Origin: Candidatus Lokiarchaeum ossiferum | Lineage (GTDB): Archaea > Asgardarchaeota > Lokiarchaeia > Sigyniarchaeales > Promethearchaeaceae | Direction of reading: 5' to 3' | Assembly: GCA_025839675.1 (NCBI GenBank) | Contig: CP104013.1 | Coordinates: 2,910,001 to 2,942,000 of the forward strand | DNA: 32,000 nucleotides | Shown: positions 8,644 through 15,441 of the stretch, one piece after another | How the letters are laid out: every line of letters begins with the position of its first letter | Position numbering within the stretch: the first letter of the stretch is position 1 | The notes under the pieces: model-generated | The model's database searches: none | What the model saw: only the letters and a program-made list of their open reading frames with translations | What the model was told of the DNA's origin: nothing | Made by a program: the position numbers and the translations under genes

Positions 8644-9187
8644 GTACGCTATTCTATTCCACTTACTATCCAGACAACAAAGTGACAATTCTTTACCCGG
8701 TAAAATACTAATTGGTTCCCATTCAGAAGAATTAAAGGATAAATTAGGAATGAAAGGCAAAATTGGCCAAGATCAATATCAAAGATTATTAGAGCAGTTT
8801 GCAGAAAATATAAAACCTTTTGGATTAAAAATTCGCCAAAATCCGTTCAATCATTATTGGTATCTAACCCAAAACCATGATATTCAAAACTTATTCGCAG
8901 GAAATCCATTTTCTAATAAAACACGGTTAGCCGCTACCTTTACGGTGATTCTTTCATTGTGCCTAATCAATTCAGGATCCACAGATCTGGGCACAATCCA
9001 AAAAGTACGGAAAAAAATGGATATTCAGGGTGATGTGGAAGAATTATGTCAACTATATTTACTTAAACAGTCTGGAAATCAAGTTAAAATTCATGAAAAC
9101 GTAGGATATTATCTTGATCTAGACCAATTTTCTCAATTCATGGAAACAGAAGCCTATCGAGCAGGAAATTTAAAGAAAGATCCCTAA
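8624..9187 (+). CDS. Tandem winged-helix ScpB/kite-like protein (putative)
   Basis: 187-aa ORF. GTG at 8624 is the only start available after the in-frame stop at 8618-8620, and it overlaps the upstream gene by 20 nt. There are two WH-like halves. The first is FAENIKPFGLKIRQNPFNHYWYLT. The second is KTRLAATFTVILSLCLINSGSTDLGTIQKVRKK..LCQLYLLKQSGNQVKIHENVGYYL (compare ScpB kLS.AALETLAIIAY.QPiTR.EIE.IRGV...L....lI...G....Y.tT). Confidence 0.5.
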   Translation: MKFKLNEYAILFHLLSRQQSDNSLPGKILIGSHSEELKDKLGMKGKIGQDQYQRLLEQFAENIKPFGLKIRQNPFNHYWYLTQNHDIQNLFAGNPFSNKTRLAATFTVILSLCLINSGSTDLGTIQKVRKKMDIQGDVEELCQLYLLKQSGNQVKIHENVGYYLDLDQFSQFMETEAYRAGNLKKDP

Positions 9188-9213
9188 TATTAATAACCAT
9201 AAGGGGAGTAGTC

Positions 9214-9231
9214 ATATTATCTAGATAATAT
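9214..9231. promoter_or_regulatory. 18-bp perfect palindrome ATATTATCTAGATAATAT between the SMC-like operon and sepF
   Basis: Read directly: 9-nt arms with no spacer. It lies 27 nt after the kite-like stop and 58-75 nt before the sepF TTG. A T6 run follows at 9248-9253 (possible operon terminator). Confidence 0.3.
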
Positions 9232-9288
9232 CGTAATAATTGACATGTTTTTTACAAAGACTAGAATATTTTTCGTTAGAGGATAACC

Positions 9289-9606
9289 TTGGGAATATTT
9301 ACAAAGAAAAAACAATCTGGACTCTCATCACGCTATAATAAAGAAGTACATATCAAACAAATTACGATTAATTCTCACCGTGACTTTACCGTTCTTCGTC
9401 ACAATCTTCTGGATGGAAACATCATGATATGTAATTTAAAACCCCTAGTGCAAATAGCAAAAAAAGATCGTACGAATCAGGATTTGCATAATTCATTACA
9501 AAAAATTAAACATTATTGCATTCAAAATGGGGCTATGGTCTCAAAATTAGAAGAGAGTTTACTACTTATTACACCTAATTCTGATTTCTTGATCAATTCA
9601 GTATAA
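9289..9606 (+). CDS. sepF: Cell-division protein SepF homologue
   Basis: 105 aa with a TTG start and GAGGA 5 nt upstream. The N-terminus MGIFTKKK could be a membrane-targeting helix. The core HIKQITINSHRDFTVLRHNLLDGNIMICNLKPL...NGAMVSKLEESLLLITPNSDFLI parallels the SepF core of B. subtilis ([32 protein letters not shown]...[21 protein letters not shown]). Confidence 0.6.
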   Translation: MGIFTKKKQSGLSSRYNKEVHIKQITINSHRDFTVLRHNLLDGNIMICNLKPLVQIAKKDRTNQDLHNSLQKIKHYCIQNGAMVSKLEESLLLITPNSDFLINSV

Positions 9607-9608
9607 TT

Positions 9609-10043
9609 TTACGACTTAAATTTATCAAAGAGGGAACCTAAATCATTTTTTCCCAGATTTTCTAACACATCAATTAAATGATCGAGGGTGACGAACTTTT
9701 GAGACCAATCGGCTTCGTCCACAGCTCGGATCAAACCGGGTTCAAAAATTGCGCAAGAATATTCCAATCCTTTTGTGCCAGCAATTTGCTTTGGTTCAAT
9801 TCGAAGATTACTGGGATAAAATTTATGCATTGTATCATCAAAAACTCGCCCTTGAACATCAAAATAGCGTGAAGTAGATTCATTAGATTTAACAATTCCA
9901 ACCCCAACCGAAAATGTAAAAGAAGAATCGATATTCTGTTCTTGAATTACAATTGCTTCAGCATCATTTTGGGGAAATGGGGTAATTTTTGCTTTTTTTT
10001 TTAGAAGAGATTTAATATATTTTATTTTAGTTAGTAAATTCAT
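9609..10043 (-). CDS. Hypothetical protein
   Basis: ORF 9609..10076 begins at a TTG. The first ATG (10043) gives 144 aa starting MNLLTKIKYIKSLLKKKAK (basic amphipathic) and ending DLGSLFDKFKS. I recognise no family. Confidence 0.5.
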   Translation of the reverse strand: MNLLTKIKYIKSLLKKKAKITPFPQNDAEAIVIQEQNIDSSFTFSVGVGIVKSNESTSRYFDVQGRVFDDTMHKFYPSNLRIEPKQIAGTKGLEYSCAIFEPGLIRAVDEADWSQKFVTLDHLIDVLENLGKNDLGSLFDKFKS

Positions 10044-10158
10044 TTTTTTAGTTCCAATTTTATTTTTACAAATCAATTAAAATTAAACTCGAATAAAGAA
10101 GTTATCAATAAATAAGCTTTTTAAATCCATACGACAAAATAAAACACTAGAGAAAAAA

Positions 10159-10416
10159 ATGCCAGAAACAGAAACTGGGACAGTCAAATGGTTTAGCCCG
10201 CGAAAAGGGTATGGGTTTATTATTCGTGATAGTGTTGCCGAAGGAGAAGAAAATAAGGAGATATTCGTGCACTATTCTAAGGTAGAAATGGATGGATTCA
10301 AAACACTATTACCCGATCTTAGAGTTAGCTTTGAAATTTCACCAGGAAAAAGAGATGGAACAATAGAAGCGTCCAATGTAAAGATAATTCCACAAGAATT
10401 CAAAGAAACAAACTAA
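10159..10416 (+). CDS. Cold-shock domain protein
   Basis: GTVKWFSPRKGYGFI (RNP1-like KGYGFI) and IFVHYS (RNP2-like). 85 aa, with an acidic insertion and a C-terminal tail. Confidence 0.85.
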   Translation: MPETETGTVKWFSPRKGYGFIIRDSVAEGEENKEIFVHYSKVEMDGFKTLLPDLRVSFEISPGKRDGTIEASNVKIIPQEFKETN

Positions 10417-10454
10417 TTCTAAATCGTCTTAGTTATGAGGAAAAAAAGAACTAC

Positions 10455-11510
10455 TTATCTCTTTAAACGTTCAATAATAGCTGAAGTTAATATCAATTCG
10501 TATTTTAAAAAGTTATGACCACCTCGCTGTGTTACTAACCAGTTTTCTATAGGAATTTCAGAAGCGGTAATGTTTTTTTTAAAGTTTATAGCTGATATTA
10601 CTTTATCATTGAGAGAGTGGATAAGAAAAAGGCTTTTCGCTGCATATTTTTGCCAATCAACGGTGGAAGTAAATTCTTTTTTCTTTTCTAAAATTTGTAA
10701 TTCGGGAGAAATTTCTTTTTTTATTTTAGGAAGTGGATTAATAGGAACACCAAAAAAGGTGTATCGAAGCCAAAACCACCAATTTCGTTTGAAAGGAATA
10801 GGCGATGAGGGCATAACATCCGAATAATCTCCAATACATGCCACTGCAACGATCTTCTCGACACTTAATCCTTGAAATAGTAAACCTTGTTTGATTGATG
10901 CAACCGAACCTAAGGAAATTCCAACCAAATATATAGAGCGACCTTTGAATGCCTCATGATCTTGAAGAAAACGAATTATATCACCCAAGTCATGTGTGAT
11001 TTCAACAAACTGATTATTTTTTCCTGCTTTACGCGAACCACTGACTCCTCGACAGTCATAAGCAATCACATCATAGCCAGCAAGAGCAATAGGAACTGTA
11101 TAATGTCGAACATATTTTGAATCATCGGAAAATCCATGAGAAAAAATCACAATGGGAGATTTTTGGGAAGTTCCATTCCAATGAAGTAATTCACCATTTA
11201 AAAATGACTCAATTTCTAAATTTTCAGTAGGCTTTTCCATTTCCCAAGTGAGTGGGAAAAGAAAAGGAGTTATAGTCACATTGGGATGATTTACGTGTTT
11301 TCCGTACCATCGAAATTGCCAAAAATCACGCATTTCAAAATATAATGCCCAACATACCCACCATAGGATAAAAGTGAAGAGAGAAAGCAATAAATCTCCA
11401 ACAATAGGGCCTTGATTCGATTGAAATAACACATAATTTACATAAAAAATGAAACTTGCTAGGATTAAACCAAGAATAAATAACAAATAATGTTTAGGTC
11501 GTATGATCAT
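10455..11510 (-). CDS. Membrane-anchored alpha/beta-fold serine hydrolase
   Basis: Two N-terminal TM helices (HYLLFILGLILASFIFYVNYVLF and LLLSLFTFILWWVCWALYF). Then VIFSHGFSDD, the nucleophile elbow LVGISLGS (GxSxG) and GGHNF near the C-terminus. I prefer the ATG at 11510 (AGGAAG 7 nt upstream, 10 nt after the methyltransferase stop) over the TTG at 11561. Confidence 0.75.
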   Translation of the reverse strand: MIIRPKHYLLFILGLILASFIFYVNYVLFQSNQGPIVGDLLLSLFTFILWWVCWALYFEMRDFWQFRWYGKHVNHPNVTITPFLFPLTWEMEKPTENLEIESFLNGELLHWNGTSQKSPIVIFSHGFSDDSKYVRHYTVPIALAGYDVIAYDCRGVSGSRKAGKNNQFVEITHDLGDIIRFLQDHEAFKGRSIYLVGISLGSVASIKQGLLFQGLSVEKIVAVACIGDYSDVMPSSPIPFKRNWWFWLRYTFFGVPINPLPKIKKEISPELQILEKKKEFTSTVDWQKYAAKSLFLIHSLNDKVISAINFKKNITASEIPIENWLVTQRGGHNFLKYELILTSAIIERLKR

Positions 11511-11520
11511 GATTTTCTTC

Positions 11521-14500
11521 CTAAGATAAATTTCTTCCCAATGTCTCTTTAAATTTTGCAAATTGATCGGATGATAGGGGGAAAGACTTCTTATTAGAGA
11601 ACAAAGTAAAATAATAATCTTGATCTTGAGGACATAATTTACTTCCCCCCCGTATTGTTGGTTCCCATGATAATATAGTAGTTATTAATTTTTGTGGGGC
11701 TTGATAGATAACACCAAGTAAAATATCACAAATATCCAGAATAATTTTAATTTCGGAAGAATTAAACCGATTATGGCTTGAATCAAAATTTAGAAACAAA
11801 TTTTTCATCAAACAACTTGCAAGCTCATCAATTATTTGATTATACAAATCTAACTTCTCAATTAGATTATCAGGGAGGGGAAATGCTCTCCATATATCAG
11901 TATTCATATGGCGTCCATCGCTATAGATTCGATACCATGTATAAAAAAAGGAACTGTTGAATACAAGGAGAAGCCAATTTCTTAAATAAAGATTTGATAC
12001 AAGAATATTGCTTGCTGCAATTTGGGTTCCATAATAAGGAATTTGATCCCAAGCATTGTACCAGTAATTTCCAGATATTCGATACCATATAACTTCTCCT
12101 TTATTAATTTTAACTGGATCCAATTTTTGTTTCAAATCAACAGGTGCCCGTAATAGTATAGGAGCAGAAAGAATATCACCAAGTACCACATAACGACTGG
12201 TGTGAACAGAATTTTTGGATGAACTATACGACTGGAATAAAAAAAGCATAGATTGAATTACAGGATCCCCACATTTCGGTAGACGGTGCTTCTGATTGAA
12301 AGATGTAGAAATTATTTTCCCTAACAAGAAATCATTGGCTTTTAGATAGGAAAGATGATCTAAGGAAGGTTTCTTTCTATACATTGAGGTGGTATAGACA
12401 GGATAAAAGTGATTAGAACTATCTTTAGTATTCTTACAAGGATCAACTTTGAAAAGACCTTGAAGTAACGAAATCGATTGGGTCATCCCTTCAAAAAAAC
12501 GACATTTATCCCGGTCAAAAGACGCAATCAATGAGACTTTATATGTTGAAGCAAGTTTTGCGCGAGTTTGTGAGAGATCTTTGCTAAAACAGAGGACATA
12601 TGAAGTGATAAAATTCAGAACTCCTTTTTCTCGATTCAAATTTAAGGCTCGTTCGATAAATACAGAAGAAATTTCTTTTGGGAAAGAAGCATATTGAGAA
12701 ACGAAATGTTTTTCTTTGGGAGAAAGCAAATTTCCATAGGGAGGATTACCTAAAATGACATGAAATCCAGGAGAAACACTATAGTTATTGGAAAATGTAT
12801 GGGATAAATTATTCGTCTTTCTGTTAGTTGAACTAGGTTGAGGAGGGCGAAGAAATATTTCCGGAAATTCTATCAACCAATGAAATAATTCTTGATTGTT
12901 TTCATCGGATTTGTTTTTTGAAGGAATATGATACAACAAATTGCATAAATTCTTTGTGTTATGGTATATTTCCTTATAGTATTTTTCAAGTAAAGAATAA
13001 TGTTGTGTTCCCACTTCATTAAGTAAAATTAAGCGTGAATTTAAATTGAGATTTAGAATTTCCCTCATTTCGTCAATTAAATGTGAAATTTTTTCAACCT
13101 TGATTATTGAATAAGATTCTTCATTGCGATGATGAAGGTTAGGATATAACCGAAGAAATTCTTTAGCATATTTTTGGGATTTTAAGTTAATTTTATAAAG
13201 TTCTATTGCATTGCGAATAATTTGTTTTAGAATCTTGGTAAAATCATCCATAATTAAAGAATTAAATGTGAATGAATCTTTCTCTTCAATTTTATTTTGA
13301 AGTTCTTCTATACTTAAAATTCCTGTTAACGAATTTCCCCTTCTAATATTAAGCTTTACTGGAACGAGACCTTCGATTTTAACAAATTTGTACATTTTTG
13401 AAGAGATTAAAGTCATAAAACACCTTAACTTTGCAATAATTACAGCTTCAGGGTTGATATCCACCCCGTAGATCTGTTTTGGAAGCAAAATGTTTAGGGA
13501 TATAATAAATTGGAACTGTTTCAATGAGGGAAAATCGGTGAAATATGGCTGAAATAAGGATTGTGATAATAAAAACGACTTTACTTTTTCAGATGATTGA
13601 ATCTTGGCAAGATTCCACCAAAATTCATAAATCTCTTGAAGCTTTTTAATAGCACCTATCAAAAAATGACCTGAACCCATGGCGGGATCTAGTATCCGAA
13701 GAGAGGTCAGAACATAATAGAGAGAAATAAGCCAATTTTCTTGTTCTTTGAAACTTAATGAATCGTATTCAATTTGAAGAAGCTGCAAAATTGAATGAGA
13801 CATATTAAAAGGAAAAGGATCTTGAACAATAGAGTTCTTAAAAATTTGATAAAATGATAATTGATGAAAAATAGCTTTTTTTGCTAAAAACTGAGTTATA
13901 TTTTGGGGAGTGTAAAAAGCACCGGTAGAAGCACGAGTTTTTTCAGACATAAGATGCTCATACAGAGCACCTATTGTATATTCAGTGATTTTCCCAATAT
14001 TCGCTTCATATAATTGAAAACAATTTACTAAGGGAAGTGTATCAGGAAGACTGGAAGCCAAACCACGCAAAGATCCAAATTTGATATTCTTGCTATTGAA
14101 ATTTTCACAAAAATAGCCATTGTCTCCAAAAGCATATTGAATAAAGCCTCCCCAATCATTATTGCGAATGTTCATTTGTAAAGGTTGAAAGGGGAAGAAT
14201 TCTTGCCAATCGGCTTCAATTTTATGCGAAACAAAAATAGAATTAAAAATGTGAGTTAAAATCGTGCAATATTGCATGTTAGGGGGGCTATGATTTGAAA
14301 GATATGCTTCCATTTTAGGATCACAAGAAGAAGAGAGCTTAACCATCCATTGTGGGTGTGAAAAAAAACTTTCTTGATCCAAACGCCAAACCCACATCAT
14401 TAATAAAATAAACTGATCGATATTTTTTGAAGTAACTGAATAAAGAGCAAGCGATTGCAAATATTTTTTGGTCTTCTGAAAGAGAACTAAAAAAAAGCGG

Positions 14501-14523
14501 ATAGAAGTAATTTTATTCTTCAA
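11521..14523 (-). CDS. Large gamma-class N6-adenine DNA methyltransferase, Eco57I/PglX-like, no recognisable nuclease domain
   Basis: 1000 aa. Motifs: FYTPQNITQFLAKKAI; motif I LDPAMGSGHFLIGA (about nt 13665-13694); IYGVDINPEAVIIAKLR; motif IV VILGNPPYG (about nt 12737-12754). A C-terminal region of about 400 aa is typical of the target-recognition part of this family. The annotated start is a TTG inside the last codons of the upstream gene, so the start is uncertain. Confidence 0.8.
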   Translation of the reverse strand: MKNKITSIRFFLVLFQKTKKYLQSLALYSVTSKNIDQFILLMMWVWRLDQESFFSHPQWMVKLSSSCDPKMEAYLSNHSPPNMQYCTILTHIFNSIFVSHKIEADWQEFFPFQPLQMNIRNNDWGGFIQYAFGDNGYFCENFNSKNIKFGSLRGLASSLPDTLPLVNCFQLYEANIGKITEYTIGALYEHLMSEKTRASTGAFYTPQNITQFLAKKAIFHQLSFYQIFKNSIVQDPFPFNMSHSILQLLQIEYDSLSFKEQENWLISLYYVLTSLRILDPAMGSGHFLIGAIKKLQEIYEFWWNLAKIQSSEKVKSFLLSQSLFQPYFTDFPSLKQFQFIISLNILLPKQIYGVDINPEAVIIAKLRCFMTLISSKMYKFVKIEGLVPVKLNIRRGNSLTGILSIEELQNKIEEKDSFTFNSLIMDDFTKILKQIIRNAIELYKINLKSQKYAKEFLRLYPNLHHRNEESYSIIKVEKISHLIDEMREILNLNLNSRLILLNEVGTQHYSLLEKYYKEIYHNTKNLCNLLYHIPSKNKSDENNQELFHWLIEFPEIFLRPPQPSSTNRKTNNLSHTFSNNYSVSPGFHVILGNPPYGNLLSPKEKHFVSQYASFPKEISSVFIERALNLNREKGVLNFITSYVLCFSKDLSQTRAKLASTYKVSLIASFDRDKCRFFEGMTQSISLLQGLFKVDPCKNTKDSSNHFYPVYTTSMYRKKPSLDHLSYLKANDFLLGKIISTSFNQKHRLPKCGDPVIQSMLFLFQSYSSSKNSVHTSRYVVLGDILSAPILLRAPVDLKQKLDPVKINKGEVIWYRISGNYWYNAWDQIPYYGTQIAASNILVSNLYLRNWLLLVFNSSFFYTWYRIYSDGRHMNTDIWRAFPLPDNLIEKLDLYNQIIDELASCLMKNLFLNFDSSHNRFNSSEIKIILDICDILLGVIYQAPQKLITTILSWEPTIRGGSKLCPQDQDYYFTLFSNKKSFPLSSDQFAKFKETLGRNLS

Positions 14524-15364
14524 TTTCTTTCAATTCAACAATAGTTTTATCACGTAATATGGTAGGCTTTGCAGATAATCGCATTTCATCAAGACTGAGT
14601 TGTTGTTTAGTGTTTTGCACAGTATGCTTTAATATCACGCGAATATTAATTCCAATTGCTGCGGTTGAACTTATCCAGGCAATGCACATCCACATTACAA
14701 ATAGCATAATTTGTAATCGAGGGATCAAATAAGGATCAGTATACCCAGAATCTAAGCTGAAAATTGCGATTCCTTTTTGAAGATAAAAGAAAACTCCAAG
14801 AATAATTCCTTCACTTACAACCGCACAGATGATCAAGAAAATTCTTCGAGTGATGAGGGAATTAAGTGCATAAACACCTCCAATTCCAATTGTTATCCAT
14901 GCAAAAATGATAGAAAGGGCAAAATTTTCTTCAAAAACTTCATGCGACGGCATTAATATATTATTCTCTATAGTCCAGCCAATAACGCGAAAGCTGTTGA
15001 TGAGAATTAATAAGAAAGAAAGAGAATAAAGTAACCCTAAAATCATAAGAAAATTCATGGATATAGTGCGATCTTCCTTAAATCGAGATGCATCAATATT
15101 TTCTCCTAAAAGAAGATCAATTTCTGCTTGAATTTTTAAAGGAATGGCATCAGAAAGAATTTCTAAGGAGTAGGAAGGAAATTTGTTTAAAATATCTTGA
15201 CTGCTTTGGAGACCTTGTTCTCGTTCCTCTGCTTTGCATTTCGATCCAGAATAAAAATAAACTTTACGTTGGTCATTTTCGATAAGCAATGCGACATCAT
15301 GAGGGAATAAATCTTCCGCTTCAATCCAGTCTTGCTTTGCGTGATCATAGATATAAACAAACAT
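14513..15364 (-). CDS. Four-TM membrane protein with an N-terminal gelsolin-like soluble domain (putative)
   Basis: 283 aa from an ATG start. The N-terminal ~85 aa (FVYIYDHAKQDWIEAEDLFPHDVALLIENDQRKVYFYSGSKCKAEEREQGLQSSQDILNKFPSYSLEILSDAIP..LLLG) follow the gelsolin-repeat pattern (..gDcFiLD.g..iy.W.G..s...Er.ka...a..i.....v.v..eg.ep......lG). Four hydrophobic helices follow. Confidence 0.4.
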   Translation of the reverse strand: MFVYIYDHAKQDWIEAEDLFPHDVALLIENDQRKVYFYSGSKCKAEEREQGLQSSQDILNKFPSYSLEILSDAIPLKIQAEIDLLLGENIDASRFKEDRTISMNFLMILGLLYSLSFLLILINSFRVIGWTIENNILMPSHEVFEENFALSIIFAWITIGIGGVYALNSLITRRIFLIICAVVSEGIILGVFFYLQKGIAIFSLDSGYTDPYLIPRLQIMLFVMWMCIAWISSTAAIGINIRVILKHTVQNTKQQLSLDEMRLSAKPTILRDKTIVELKEIEE

Positions 15365-15441
15365 TATACTAATATTATTGCTTCAGTTAATAAAAAATTT
15401 GATCACTGAAAATTAAATTCAAAGAGTAAATAAAAAACAAA

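Noticed and set aside
4426-9187. Interpreting the SMC operon as Wadjet (JetABCD) or MksBEFG plasmid defence.
   Set aside because: There is no JetD/MksG Toprim-type nuclease gene. The gene order is SMC, kleisin, kite rather than JetA-B-C-D. The SMC has a full hinge and Smc5/6-like rather than MukB/JetC-like head motifs (no DEAF-type Walker B).
11521-14523. Calling the large methyltransferase a BREX PglX or a type IIG restriction enzyme.
   Set aside because: No PglZ, BrxC/PglY, BrxA/B/L, helicase or PLD genes flank it, and I see no PD-(D/E)xK motif in its N-terminus. Only the family-level methyltransferase call is supported.
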